The position numbers were made by a program, and so were the translations under genes. A stretch of 64,000 nucleotides of DNA. It comes from an uncultured virus (IMG/VR IMGVR_UViG_3300025018_000005). Lineage: Duplodnaviria > Heunggongvirae > Uroviricota > Caudoviricetes. Every line of letters begins with the position of its first letter. Position 1 is the stretch's first letter. The stretch lies in the IMG/VR virus record IMGVR_UViG_3300025018_000005. One strand, written 5' to 3'. The notes under the pieces are model-generated. The model ran no database searches and had not been told where the DNA came from. It was given only the letters and a program-made list of their open reading frames with translations. Of the stretch, positions 20,107 to 31,021 are shown piece after piece.

Positions 20107-22773
20107 ATGGCTATCGAAAAAAAAATTAAAGTTACAGTTGATGCTTCAGATGCAAAGAGGCAAATAGATGCGCTTGTTGGGAAGCTTAATGCAACAGCAG
20201 GCGCTACTGATAGAACATCATCTTCAACAAGCAGGCTTTCTAGCAACCAATCAAATCTAAACGGCAAGATCATAGGTGTTAATAGATCATTAAACGCCAT
20301 GAGCGGATTGCTTGCAAAAATAGCAAGTGCTGCGACCATCATTACCGGCATAAAGTTAGCCGACGACTTCAACGAGCTTCAAAACAAATTGCGCATCACT
20401 CTTGTTGAAGGTGAAAAGCTTGCTGATGTTCAGAAGAGATTGGTTGATGTCTCATTAAAGACTAGAACCAGCCTGCAAGAAAACGCAAACTTATATTTAA
20501 GACTTGCAAGCTCTGTTGATAGAACAAAAGTGTCTCAAGAAGAACTTTTTAGGATAACAGAGACGGTAAACAAGGCAATTCAGATTGGCGGCTCAAATGC
20601 TCAGGAAGCACAGGGTGCGTTACGTCAGTTTACGCAGATAATATCATCTGGATTTACAACAGGATTCTCGCAAGAATTAAACTCCATTTTCGAACAAGCT
20701 CCAGGATTAAGGGATGTTCTTGCAAACGGATTAAGAGAGGTTTCAGATGAATTTAGAAACATGGAAGCCTCTGGTGTGACTGCCATTAAAATCTTAAAAA
20801 CCTTCTCTGAAGAAGGTCTTGGAGATATTGATATGCTTCTCTCAGCTTTAGCATCTCAATTTCAAACTGTTAATGACCAATATGGAAACGTCAATGTAAC
20901 TGTAGCGAAAGCATTTGGTAATCTAAAAGCATCTCTGGAAAACTACATAGGAGCCGTGGATGATGCGACTGGATTTACCTCTGGACTTGCACTAAGAATA
21001 GATGACCTTGCTCAGAATTTCGACTCATTTGCTGACAAGGTTGCATCAGCGATGCAGACCGTAGGTGTTGCAATATTATCTTTCGGTGTTGTTGCCTTGG
21101 TGAAGTTTACAATAAGAGTATTGGCTGCTGGAAGGGCTGCTATTTTTGCTGCAATTGCAGCTACTAGGCTTGCAAAGGCGTTTTTGTTCTTTGCCAATCC
21201 AGCGGGCGGCCTAGCTCTTGCAGTTTTTGCCGTTGCAGAATTAATATTGAAGCTAGAGCAAGCTAGAAAATCATTTAGTGGACTTTCCGCAGTTGTTGCT
21301 GCATCTGGGACATTTCCAGATGCGCTATCGCTTGATCAGCTTTCTGGTGAAATACATACGCAGACAGATGTAATAAAAAAACTTAAAGAAGAATATTTTG
21401 ATCTTGGGAGCACAATAGAAGGTTTATCAAACCTTGGTGTTTCTGGCGATACTATAATAGATGGGATAGGTGATCAGAGCGGAAAAACATTAAATCAGAT
21501 AATATCCGAACAAGAAACTATAGCTAAACAGATAAGAAGTAATGTCGAATATTTGAATCAATTACTTAACAAGCAGGCAGAAAAGGAAAGAGAAATATCA
21601 AGAAAAACAATTGAAGCGGCGAATAAACTAATAGATACAGAAAAGTACAAGACATTTGAAAAGCTTAAAATTGAAAAAGAATATAATGACAGAATTGATG
21701 CGCTAAGAAAAGCTAGGGACATAGTTGAATCGGCACAAGTAAAAGCACAAGCAGATAAGATAATAGCTGAGTTGATTCGCCAGCGTGATGAAAAACTTGG
21801 TATAAAGGCTAAATATGATCAGGATGACCTAGACAAACTTATAAGTTCATTAAGAAGCGAAAGAGAGGCTTTAATTGCTCAGTCGAAAGAACGAAAAGAA
21901 ATAGTTGCTGCATTAGTTAATGATGAAAAACAAAAAGCTGATCTTATTTTAAAGATAAATAGGCAGCTACAAGATGGTCTTTCTGCATTGAATCAGAATT
22001 CAGATGCAGATGAGAGAAGAGATAGACTTCAATCCATCAAAGACTCATTAAAGTCAGAAGAGCAGCTTATAAAAGAAAGATATGATTCTGAAAGAAGATT
22101 TATTGATGCAAACGTGACATCACTTATTGAAGCAGAAATAATAAAGTCTCAGCTAAGAAAAAAAGAAGCTGATGAATTAGCTGCGCTTACTGAAAATATC
22201 AAAAAAAGCATGTGGGATCAGATGACCACAATGGAGAAATTGATAGAAACAATAAGTAGGATAGGGAATGCAGCCAAGGCATTCACAGATTTGTTTGGTA
22301 CTCTAGCATCAATTAGACAACAAGAACTTGATAAGGAATTGAGCACCTCAGAAGATTTGTCTGATGAGGAGCGGAAGACAAAAGAGAAAAATGCTGAGGC
22401 TGCATTTGAAGCAAACAAGAGATACACCATTGCTGGCATAGCGCTTCAGACTGGCTTGGCGATAATGAGCGCTTTTGCTGAGCCTGGGATGCCGTTTGCA
22501 CTAAAAGCAATAAACGCAGCAGCCGCCGCTGCTACAGGTGCAGCACAATTCGCAAAAGCAAAATCGCAGAACTATAGCGCACCATCTGCTCCGTCAGCAA
22601 GTGGAGTTTCGTCACAGCAGACTAGCAATACTGATAATAGACAGATAACGATAAATGTAACTTCTGGTACAGCTTCTCCAGAAGATATAGCTAAGGCGAT
22701 ATCAAGTTACATTGATAATGATGGTATAATCATCAACCCAGAATCAGCACAAGGCAGGGCTTTAAGTGTCTAA
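20107..22773 (+). CDS. tape measure protein
   Basis: Long helical Ala/Leu-rich ORF; GGSNAQEAQGALRQFTQ tape-measure motif. Confidence 0.92.
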   Translation: MAIEKKIKVTVDASDAKRQIDALVGKLNATAGATDRTSSSTSRLSSNQSNLNGKIIGVNRSLNAMSGLLAKIASAATIITGIKLADDFNELQNKLRITLVEGEKLADVQKRLVDVSLKTRTSLQENANLYLRLASSVDRTKVSQEELFRITETVNKAIQIGGSNAQEAQGALRQFTQIISSGFTTGFSQELNSIFEQAPGLRDVLANGLREVSDEFRNMEASGVTAIKILKTFSEEGLGDIDMLLSALASQFQTVNDQYGNVNVTVAKAFGNLKASLENYIGAVDDATGFTSGLALRIDDLAQNFDSFADKVASAMQTVGVAILSFGVVALVKFTIRVLAAGRAAIFAAIAATRLAKAFLFFANPAGGLALAVFAVAELILKLEQARKSFSGLSAVVAASGTFPDALSLDQLSGEIHTQTDVIKKLKEEYFDLGSTIEGLSNLGVSGDTIIDGIGDQSGKTLNQIISEQETIAKQIRSNVEYLNQLLNKQAEKEREISRKTIEAANKLIDTEKYKTFEKLKIEKEYNDRIDALRKARDIVESAQVKAQADKIIAELIRQRDEKLGIKAKYDQDDLDKLISSLRSEREALIAQSKERKEIVAALVNDEKQKADLILKINRQLQDGLSALNQNSDADERRDRLQSIKDSLKSEEQLIKERYDSERRFIDANVTSLIEAEIIKSQLRKKEADELAALTENIKKSMWDQMTTMEKLIETISRIGNAAKAFTDLFGTLASIRQQELDKELSTSEDLSDEERKTKEKNAEAAFEANKRYTIAGIALQTGLAIMSAFAEPGMPFALKAINAAAAAATGAAQFAKAKSQNYSAPSAPSASGVSSQQTSNTDNRQITINVTSGTASPEDIAKAISSYIDNDGIIINPESAQGRALSV

Positions 22774-23443
22774 CACGACAGTAAAATTTTATCCAAAAAG
22801 AAACCTAATTAAGCCAGCTCAAGAAAATCAATTGAAGCTGGCAACTGCGCTAACTGTAAATGATGTTACAGAGATCACTGTTGAATCTGGGACAATTCCT
22901 TTAGCAACTCCAACCTCTGGTTTTATTCTTGTCCAGAATGATTTCTATGAATGGAGAAGAATATCTTATGAAGACATCATTGGTGATTCGTTCATTGTCA
23001 ATCTAACTGAGAGTGATGATGATAACGATTTCGAATACGCAACAGCATCTGTTGGTAGAAACGTTTGGATCTCAGATCTCGATATTTATTCTGAATATGC
23101 AATACAATTAACACTGAGTCAGTTCAATCAGTCTCCATCAGATAGAACAATGCAGTCAGAGTCGCTTTCAGGCAGGGAAGTTTCATCTTTGTTCAATGCG
23201 AAGAACACTTACTCATGTGAGGTTAAGTTTGTCGGTGTTAATGATGAGGTATCGACAGAGGAGTTCGAGATGTTCAGGTCATCGGTTATGAATAAAGAAG
23301 ATTTCATTCACACAAATCTTGACGAGGATGATAGGGAAATGACTGTAACAATGGCAAATAGAGGATCGAGAGATAGAATAGGTAATAACTACATAAACAA
23401 ATATAACTATCAGTATTCTATCTCAGAGGTATTAGATGCTTAA
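22766..23443 (+). CDS. distal tail protein (putative)
   Basis: Directly after the tape measure gene. Confidence 0.55.
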   Translation: MSNTTVKFYPKRNLIKPAQENQLKLATALTVNDVTEITVESGTIPLATPTSGFILVQNDFYEWRRISYEDIIGDSFIVNLTESDDDNDFEYATASVGRNVWISDLDIYSEYAIQLTLSQFNQSPSDRTMQSESLSGREVSSLFNAKNTYSCEVKFVGVNDEVSTEEFEMFRSSVMNKEDFIHTNLDEDDREMTVTMANRGSRDRIGNNYINKYNYQYSISEVLDA

Positions 23444-26400
23444 TATTAGTGATCGTTTTTTAGCTGCAAATGTAAGTAACAGCAGAGAGCCAGCGTTAGT
23501 TATCGAGGTTCAAAATGAAAATGGAAACATTTACTTTACTACGTCAAAGCGAATAAAAATAGTTGATGCTGGATCTCACAGGTTTGATGAGTGCATAGTA
23601 TCTGCAACTGGCGGATCTCAGAAGATAACGCCAGAAAGAGGCCAGTCAACAATTGGTGATTACACCTTCACTGTTATTGACCAAGGATTAACTGATTTTC
23701 AACGCATCTTACTATCATCATTTAATGATACCCTTAATAACAACAAGGTTATATTTCATTACGGATTAATGAACATTCGGTTTGAAGATTACGTATCTCT
23801 TCCGCCGCAATACATAAATGAAGTAAACCAAGATGTAAATCAGTACACATTCAAGACAAGTGATACTCAGAGATTTATTCGGCAGAAGGTTTTTGGATCT
23901 AAGTCAAAAACAACTTTGGTCAAAGGTATCGGCTTCGCCGATGCAACACCTACGTCAACAAAAGAAATTGAGGTTTTAGATAACGCCGCCTTCAATGCCG
24001 TGTTTCATGATAGCAATTGGGTTGATGCGCCAGGAAGGGAGGTTGGTTATCTCGTTGCTTCCGGAACAGACTCAAATGGAGATGATGCGCTTGAGGTTAT
24101 CCGCTGGTCAGGAAAGACTGGCTCAAATAAATTTGTAGTTGATGGAAGAGCTTTATTTGGCACAAGACAGATAGACTTAGCTGGAAGTCAGGATGGTGGA
24201 TCAATAGAGCTTGAGGAATTTATTTATTTAGACCTTAATATTCCTAAAATGATCTTGGCGATAATGAATGGCAGTCTGTATGGTGACGCAGGAAAGCGAT
24301 TACCTGACAACTGGAATGCAGGCGTATCGTCTGTTTTTATAAACACACCATCATTTGAAGAAATTGGCGGAGATCTATGGGATTTTAATCTTCAATTTAT
24401 TGGGCTGAAAGAAGATTCTGCGAAAGAATTTATATATGAGCAATGCTTGAAGCCATTCAACCTATTCATGTATATCGATCAGGATGGTCAACTATATCTT
24501 AAAAGATTTTCAGATATACCTTATGACGCCCCAGCCGAGATCACGATAAACAATGAATCTATTTTAAGCTCCCCAGAAATCCTGAGAAATTCAAAGGCAA
24601 TAAGAAACGTTTTTAGGGTTAATTGGTCTTGGGATTGGAAGGAAGAAAAATACGCAAGAGAGAATGGCTACATAGATGCTGACAGTTTTGCAAGAAACAA
24701 TATATGGTCTGAAACGCTAGATATAAACATAAAAGGCATAAGAAATAGAGATACTGATAGTCAGGCTATTATATCATCGCTTGCAGAGGGCATAAGGGCA
24801 AGATACAGCGAGCCTCAAATAAAGCCTACTGTATCAGTGCTAATGAGTAGTGCGATAATGCTTGAGGTCGGATCTATAATAAAGCTAGATCTAGCAAATC
24901 AACCTGACTTTATATCAGATAGAAACCTGAATATGTCGTTCGAGGTTCAAGGTATTTCTTGGAACTTCCTTGAAGGAACAATGGATCTTGATCTGTTTGG
25001 AAGCTCGGGCAAAGCAACACCTATTGATTTCGATCTTGGGTCTAATTCCATAGATGTTGATTACGGTGCTATGGGCTGGACTGCAATTGAGTCTGTCGTG
25101 TCTGGAACTCCAGATGAAAATACTTTTGTTATTGATCAAAACCAAACAATAGGATCAAGAGATTCAATAACATTATTGCATAATTCTTTTGGCGACATTA
25201 AGATAGCTGACGGAATAACTCTAACCACGCTTGGCACTGTTTGGTTCGGGTGCAAAGACTTTACGATAGTTAATACTGGCAAAATAAACGCAAAGTCAGG
25301 TGGAGTTATCGGCGGTAAAGGTTATTTCGGAGGAGAAGATTCAAGCCAAGAGGGAATGAAGACATCGATAAAATGGAAAGGTTTTGGCCCATTCAAGATC
25401 CCAGACAGGTATGTCGTTAGGCAGAATCCTGGGGAAGGCAGAGGATTAATTGGCGCTTCTAATTCAGTTATTGAGAAGTTTTACCCGTCACTTAATAGTG
25501 ATGGATCAATCTCAAAACTACCGACAACCACAAAACTGTTTGGTAACGGCGGTGGAGCTGGTGGTGGATTAAGAAATTCTGCTGGACTTAATCAAGGATT
25601 GTATGCTGGAGGAGATGCGGTATCTGGCGGCGGAGGCATAGCATTTTGTGTTAATAATTTGTTTTTTGATAACGCAGAATGTATAGATGTATCTGGCAGT
25701 GATAATGACCCAAGCGTAGCGGTTATTGGTGTCGCTGGAACTGACTATGCGGCTGGAGCAGGTGGATTTGGGTGGCCGGGAGCTGTGTTGTGCTTTATTA
25801 CAGATATAACATCACCAAGACCAAATCTGTCTGGTGCTGGTGGTGCAGTAAAGGCAAGAGTTGGTAATTGGTCTGAAATATCAGGGGTAAATAAGCGACC
25901 GAAAGAAAATGGTGATAGATCTTACAAAACTGTATCTGGCGATAACTTTGCGCCATTACTTCCAAGCGGAAGGGTTGAAGCTGGAAAGGATTATAGTGCA
26001 AAGTGCTCTGGCTCTTTCTATGTCAAGAAAGATCCTGCGTTCTCGCCTGTTGCTGGCAAAGATATTATTGAGAATACTGGATCTCCGGTTATAAACATCA
26101 ACCAGAAAATAAACTTTCCAGATAGTCCAAAGGGTGACAAGATTACCCTTGAGTTGACTGCAACTGCTGTCGATAATAAATTTGGTTTTGCTTTTTTCGA
26201 TTACAGAATAAAAGGACAAACCGCTTGGTATCCGGCAAAATATGGTTTAACAAATGAATCCACTGTAGAAGTTACCGCACTTGGTGACACCTATGAAATA
26301 AGAGCAAGAGCATACAATACACAGGGTACGGCAGGTGGTATTTCTGCTGTTGAACACACTGTCCCTCTTATAACAAAGAATCCAGATGAATCTGCTGGTG

Positions 26401-28427
26401 GAAATGATGTTCCACCAATCGAAATCCAAGTGCCGACTGTAAAAGGTCTTGAGCTGGTCAATCGAATTGATAACAACGAGAATTGGAATCAATGGAAGTC
26501 ACCTAATGCTGAATTCAAATGGAAGCGATCTGCTATTTTAAATGCTGGCAGCATTGTGTCAATGAATGGCGTAGAAGACCTGCACCTTAAAGGTTACAAC
26601 GTCAGAATTAGACGATCAAAGGCAGGAGAGATTCTTCGAGAAGAAGAAATCAAAGAAAATATATACACCTACACTTTTGATAAAAACAAAAAAGATACAG
26701 GTGGAAGTCCAGTTCGTCAATTCTATATAGAAGTTCAAGCTGTAGCTAGTACAGGTCATTCGTCTACGTGGTCTGGATTTGATGTTGCAAACCCTGCTCC
26801 GGCTGCTGTTACTGGAATATCTACAGAGATCGGCTATAACTCGTTCAATGTTAAGTTTGATTTGCCTACAGACGTTGACTTTGTTGGTGTTGACTTCTAT
26901 CTAGTTCAAGGCACTGGCAATCCGTTCACTTCGACGCCTTTGCGCGTTCAAGGTAATACGGTTTCAATTGAAAACTTAGCTCAAGGAACAGAATATAGAT
27001 TTGGATTGACAAGTGTCGATCAGTTCGGCGTAGGTAGTAGCTCGTCAAGTGTCGCAGTAACCACCAAGCAATTAGCAGCTATTGATGTGGACGGTCTTGG
27101 GCCTTGGGCTACAGTTGACGGAGCTAGCTCAGCATTTATTCAATCTCAATTTGAAGGTGGCTCTATTAGTGAGGCTCTAATCGCTGCTGCTGCTGTTAGT
27201 CGATCAAAGATAGCTGACGATGCTATCAATGCTGAAAAGTTAGAGGCAAGTGCTGTTACAAATGAGAAGCTAGCCGCATTAGCTGTCGATGCTGCAAAGT
27301 TGGCGAATAGCTCAGTTACTTCAACTAAGATTGCAAATTTAGCAGTAGGCACAGCAGCCATTCAAGACCTAGCTGTTACTGACGCAAAGATAAATACCAT
27401 AACAGCAGCAAAAATAACAGCAGGAACAGTTACGGTTCAAGTTGATATAGGTACGGGGATAATCCTAGATGGTGCAAGTGGCGTAATTAAGAGCAGTAAT
27501 GCAGGTTATGAGATAACGATGGGCGCTGTTAGCGTACCTTCAGAATCATCAAATCCTTTAATACTAAATGCATATGATGGATCTGATTATGCTTTCTGGG
27601 TTGACTCGTCTGGCGCTTTTAGCTTTGGTTTTAGCGATGCAAACATTACTTTTAATTCTAGCCAAGGAATGAGGATTGGGCGTGGAACTGTATTTGCTGG
27701 TAACGATTCCTATGGTAATGACTATCTATATAGAAATGTGGTTGGCTATGACGCATTTAAATCAGAATCGGTAAGCTACGGTGTTACAGTTACAGGGATT
27801 AATAATAACAAGGCTACTAGCGTGTCACTAGCTGGTGCAGGCGCTGGAAGTAAATTTAGTCGAGTTGAGTTAGCGCCAGAAAGTCAATTTTCTTACGGGT
27901 TCCTAAACTTCGATACAGAATGTAGACTGAAAGTTAGATTTTTACCTGGTGGCAGCGCAAACAATGATGATGTTTTTATCATTGGAATGGGGAATGGACT
28001 AAATAATAGCCAAGGCGCTATATTAATACAGTTTAGAGGAACAGGCAGTGCATTTAGCTATGGAGTAAGAAGCTCAGTAACTAAGCCAAGTGACTCTTAT
28101 GCCTCAATGCCTCCTGAGTCTGTGGCTGTAGGTGCTTATTCAAGTGAAGTTACAAAGGCATTAACTTCACCAACTGATTTAGAAATAGTCTACATCCCAA
28201 ACACATCATTAAGAGTTTACATTAATGGTGTTGATGTTCCTGAGCTTGGCTACGGTGATGGTAACATCTATAACTCTGTATTCTATACGCATTTACCAGC
28301 TAGAAATCCACTGTATGACGGCTACCAGTTACCTTATTTTAACCTAGCTATACTCGATAGTGGAACTGACGCAGACGGTGCAATGTACTGGATTGGTGAT
28401 GTTAAGCTTATGAATGCGCCAGTTTAA
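23436..28427 (+). CDS. tail tip / central fibre (hub, FN3-like domains, beta-helix shaft)
   Basis: 1663 aa; YEIRARAYN and YRFGLTSVDQFG FN3-like motifs; 10-residue AVT..KLA repeats at about 27170-27420. Confidence 0.8.
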   Translation: MLNISDRFLAANVSNSREPALVIEVQNENGNIYFTTSKRIKIVDAGSHRFDECIVSATGGSQKITPERGQSTIGDYTFTVIDQGLTDFQRILLSSFNDTLNNNKVIFHYGLMNIRFEDYVSLPPQYINEVNQDVNQYTFKTSDTQRFIRQKVFGSKSKTTLVKGIGFADATPTSTKEIEVLDNAAFNAVFHDSNWVDAPGREVGYLVASGTDSNGDDALEVIRWSGKTGSNKFVVDGRALFGTRQIDLAGSQDGGSIELEEFIYLDLNIPKMILAIMNGSLYGDAGKRLPDNWNAGVSSVFINTPSFEEIGGDLWDFNLQFIGLKEDSAKEFIYEQCLKPFNLFMYIDQDGQLYLKRFSDIPYDAPAEITINNESILSSPEILRNSKAIRNVFRVNWSWDWKEEKYARENGYIDADSFARNNIWSETLDINIKGIRNRDTDSQAIISSLAEGIRARYSEPQIKPTVSVLMSSAIMLEVGSIIKLDLANQPDFISDRNLNMSFEVQGISWNFLEGTMDLDLFGSSGKATPIDFDLGSNSIDVDYGAMGWTAIESVVSGTPDENTFVIDQNQTIGSRDSITLLHNSFGDIKIADGITLTTLGTVWFGCKDFTIVNTGKINAKSGGVIGGKGYFGGEDSSQEGMKTSIKWKGFGPFKIPDRYVVRQNPGEGRGLIGASNSVIEKFYPSLNSDGSISKLPTTTKLFGNGGGAGGGLRNSAGLNQGLYAGGDAVSGGGGIAFCVNNLFFDNAECIDVSGSDNDPSVAVIGVAGTDYAAGAGGFGWPGAVLCFITDITSPRPNLSGAGGAVKARVGNWSEISGVNKRPKENGDRSYKTVSGDNFAPLLPSGRVEAGKDYSAKCSGSFYVKKDPAFSPVAGKDIIENTGSPVININQKINFPDSPKGDKITLELTATAVDNKFGFAFFDYRIKGQTAWYPAKYGLTNESTVEVTALGDTYEIRARAYNTQGTAGGISAVEHTVPLITKNPDESAGGNDVPPIEIQVPTVKGLELVNRIDNNENWNQWKSPNAEFKWKRSAILNAGSIVSMNGVEDLHLKGYNVRIRRSKAGEILREEEIKENIYTYTFDKNKKDTGGSPVRQFYIEVQAVASTGHSSTWSGFDVANPAPAAVTGISTEIGYNSFNVKFDLPTDVDFVGVDFYLVQGTGNPFTSTPLRVQGNTVSIENLAQGTEYRFGLTSVDQFGVGSSSSSVAVTTKQLAAIDVDGLGPWATVDGASSAFIQSQFEGGSISEALIAAAAVSRSKIADDAINAEKLEASAVTNEKLAALAVDAAKLANSSVTSTKIANLAVGTAAIQDLAVTDAKINTITAAKITAGTVTVQVDIGTGIILDGASGVIKSSNAGYEITMGAVSVPSESSNPLILNAYDGSDYAFWVDSSGAFSFGFSDANITFNSSQGMRIGRGTVFAGNDSYGNDYLYRNVVGYDAFKSESVSYGVTVTGINNNKATSVSLAGAGAGSKFSRVELAPESQFSYGFLNFDTECRLKVRFLPGGSANNDDVFIIGMGNGLNNSQGAILIQFRGTGSAFSYGVRSSVTKPSDSYASMPPESVAVGAYSSEVTKALTSPTDLEIVYIPNTSLRVYINGVDVPELGYGDGNIYNSVFYTHLPARNPLYDGYQLPYFNLAILDSGTDADGAMYWIGDVKLMNAPV

Positions 28428-28840
28428 AAAGAAAACTTAACCCCAGCATTGATAACAACGCCGCTAATCCAGTTGGCGGTTATGCTGGCACCGTTAAACA
28501 CATTTAAGTCAATTGAGACCAAAGGCATAGGAACCAAAGGAGTCGAGTCCAAGTAATCTTGCAAATATAGATTGATAGGCTCGTATCCAGTGGCTAGAAC
28601 TAAGCCAAATTTAACAGGCTTATCATTGTCTTGAACATAGCCAACCATTACCGAGTCGCGACCGTATGAATTAACCATCGATCCAATTGTCAATCCTCCA
28701 TCGAATTGAGCTATTACTACCTGATTAACTTCGTTAAATTTACCAGTTACTAGATGATCAGTGTATCCGCCAAAGTACACAGACCCAGCAAACGTTGACG
28801 ATGACATGATAAAGATAAATAGTGCTGCCATTAATCTCAT
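28424..28840 (-). CDS. outer-membrane beta-barrel, PagP-like
   Basis: Signal peptide, H..NE.N and NSYG..S..VGY motifs, terminal Phe; antisense to the tail operon. Confidence 0.6.
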   Translation of the reverse strand: MRLMAALFIFIMSSSTFAGSVYFGGYTDHLVTGKFNEVNQVVIAQFDGGLTIGSMVNSYGRDSVMVGYVQDNDKPVKFGLVLATGYEPINLYLQDYLDSTPLVPMPLVSIDLNVFNGASITANWISGVVINAGVKFSF

Positions 28841-28949
28841 AGTTAATCCCCTCTTATTTAATTTAATAAAGCAATACTAGCACCAAGCAACTTTAATGTA
28901 AATAGGTTTATCATGATATAATTGAAATAATTAAACTTAGGACTTAACC

Positions 28950-29972
28950 ATGCAATACAGAATTGGTACGGCATCATTTGCATCTGGATCTAATGTTATT
29001 ACTGGATCTGGAACTGAATGGCTTGCAAATGTGAGTGTAGGAGACTGGATCTTAGCTCCAAATAAGCTCGTATATATAATTCAATCAATCCCATCAGATA
29101 CCCAAGTGACAATCACTGTCAATTACGGTGGAACTACAGTAGCCTCTCAGCCTTATGTGATCCATCGAGACTTCTACGATGGCAAGCCTATTTTTGATGA
29201 CACAGATGTGCGTCCTGCTGCCATTATTAACGAATGGGTGAAGGATTCTCCAACGCTATCTGATCTTGGCACTGCTGCCAGCGCAGACTTGACAACATCA
29301 TCTACCGACACAACTGCTGGACGAGTGACAAAGGTTGGGGATTTTGGTTTAGGTACGATTGGGGCACGCCCACCTTCTAATAATTTGAACCTAATCGCGG
29401 CAACTGGGTTTTATAACATAAACGGCGGCGACTTGAACAAGCCTGGCACACTAGGCGGGCTACTATTTCACATCGAAAACGTCGAGGAGAACGGCGCGAC
29501 ACAGCAGCACACAGACTTTGACGGTAGCGCAGTATACACCCGAACGAAAGTTAGTGGGGTTTGGGGCGCTTGGCAAGAACTCTACCACACCGGAAACCTC
29601 CTAGGCACAGTCTCGCAATCAAGCGGCGTACCTACGGGTGCGGTTATTCAGCGTGGCTCTAACGCGAATGGTGAGTTTGTGCGGTTTGCTGATGGGACGC
29701 AGATTTGTACGCACAGAAGGTCTATAGGTGGTGGGTGGGCAGTAAATGCGGAGCTTGATAGGACATGGAGCTTTCCTGCTCCATTTCACAGCACTCCCGT
29801 AGTCATTCCGTTCGGATATGGCGGCACAAGTGCCGGTAGTGGCATCGCGCAGCTAGAAAAAACAATTTCCGTATCTGCTGTAACTATGCGAGTGAAAAAC
29901 AATACTGCGGTCAATATTGGCACGGAAGGATCAAACATAGAAGTTATGACAGTAATCGGGAGATGGTACTAA
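28950..29972 (+). CDS. tail fibre protein
   Basis: LGTAA..DLTTS.TDTTAGRV.KVGDFGLG; W..WQELYHTGN; GSNANGEFVRFADGTQIC. Confidence 0.88.
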   Translation: MQYRIGTASFASGSNVITGSGTEWLANVSVGDWILAPNKLVYIIQSIPSDTQVTITVNYGGTTVASQPYVIHRDFYDGKPIFDDTDVRPAAIINEWVKDSPTLSDLGTAASADLTTSSTDTTAGRVTKVGDFGLGTIGARPPSNNLNLIAATGFYNINGGDLNKPGTLGGLLFHIENVEENGATQQHTDFDGSAVYTRTKVSGVWGAWQELYHTGNLLGTVSQSSGVPTGAVIQRGSNANGEFVRFADGTQICTHRRSIGGGWAVNAELDRTWSFPAPFHSTPVVIPFGYGGTSAGSGIAQLEKTISVSAVTMRVKNNTAVNIGTEGSNIEVMTVIGRWY

Positions 29973-29974
29973 TT

Positions 29975-30286
29975 ATGATAAAAATTAACTTTAACCCTCG
30001 CTTCGATGGCGACAAACTAACCGCCGAAATCAACGACACAACGCTCACAGTCAACGGCACTGATTACGACTTGTCAGAGATACCGGACGGTGCAACGGTT
30101 GACCATCCAGTCGTTAAAAATTGCACGCGCAACGGCAACAACTTCGAGCTGACCATCACACTAACACACGGCGCAAACGCACCGCATGAAACGAGATTCC
30201 CTACACCTGTGGAAATTACCGCCGACACTTGGGAGCTTAACTACATTTACGAACCGGAGGCCGTGAGCAATGACTTGGCTGAATAA
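29975..30286 (+). CDS. tail fibre accessory protein
   Basis: LTVNGTDYDLSEIPDGAT...PHETRFP, a type usually following such fibres. Confidence 0.65.
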   Translation: MIKINFNPRFDGDKLTAEINDTTLTVNGTDYDLSEIPDGATVDHPVVKNCTRNGNNFELTITLTHGANAPHETRFPTPVEITADTWELNYIYEPEAVSNDLAE

Positions 30287-30611
30287 CGCAACCGTAACAA
30301 CGGCACAAGACAAAGCAGCAGAGGCAGCGGAACAAACGCGCCAAGCTGCTAAGGCCGCACGACAAGTCGCACTTGACTCAATCACGTATGAAACGGCGGA
30401 TGGTGACTTTATTCAATGCCGCGAACAAGACGAGATACGCCTACGCCGCAAATTGGAACGGATGACAGAGGACGGCGAGAGCACGACACCGTGGATAGCC
30501 GAGGATAACAGACTCGTAATGATAACCGCCGATGACATACGCGGCGCATTGCGACACGGTGAAGATGAAGTGGCACGCATATTTGAACAATACATGAGCA
30601 TTCTTTCATGA
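30270..30611 (+). CDS. tail fibre assembly protein (DUF4376-like)
   Basis: W..EDN..V.IT..D motif; synteny. Confidence 0.6.
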   Translation: MTWLNNATVTTAQDKAAEAAEQTRQAAKAARQVALDSITYETADGDFIQCREQDEIRLRRKLERMTEDGESTTPWIAEDNRLVMITADDIRGALRHGEDEVARIFEQYMSILS

Positions 30612-31021
30612 AAGCTCTCATTTCGATAATATACGCACTATGGTTTAATTTTCTGATAGTTGCTGCCGGTGTTCTTTTATTTATACTGCACCCATATATC
30701 ATATATTTTTATATTGGGTGTATTGTATTGATGTTCTTCAGGTATGCTTTAAACATAAAAATCCCACTAACCAAGTGGGGCGTTGACTGCTTAGTTAGCT
30801 TGGATCAGTGCTGGCAGGTTGTGTTTAAGTTCCTATTGAACTTGATTTATGACTGTCCAAATAAATTTGGAAATGCAGACCAAACAGCATCCAGTGTTGT
30901 TGGTAAAAACTTGCGTGATACCGGTGCATTACATTGGAAGATAATTGAATTTGAATTATCTTGGTTGCTTGAAGGTGGTAAGCCACACTCAATCAAAGCC
31001 ATTGAGGATGACGAAAAATGA
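30608..31021 (+). CDS. membrane protein
   Basis: Two hydrophobic helices; SLDQ...GNADQTASSVVGK. Confidence 0.6.
   Translation: MKALISIIYALWFNFLIVAAGVLLFILHPYIIYFYIGCIVLMFFRYALNIKIPLTKWGVDCLVSLDQCWQVVFKFLLNLIYDCPNKFGNADQTASSVVGKNLRDTGALHWKIIEFELSWLLEGGKPHSIKAIEDDEK

Noticed and set aside
27170..27420. Repeats in the tail tip gene
   Set aside because: Ordinary 10-residue beta-helix shaft repeats at protein level
23436..30611. Diversity-generating retroelement or invertible tail-fibre system
   Set aside because: No reverse transcriptase, invertase or template/variable repeat pair was noticed
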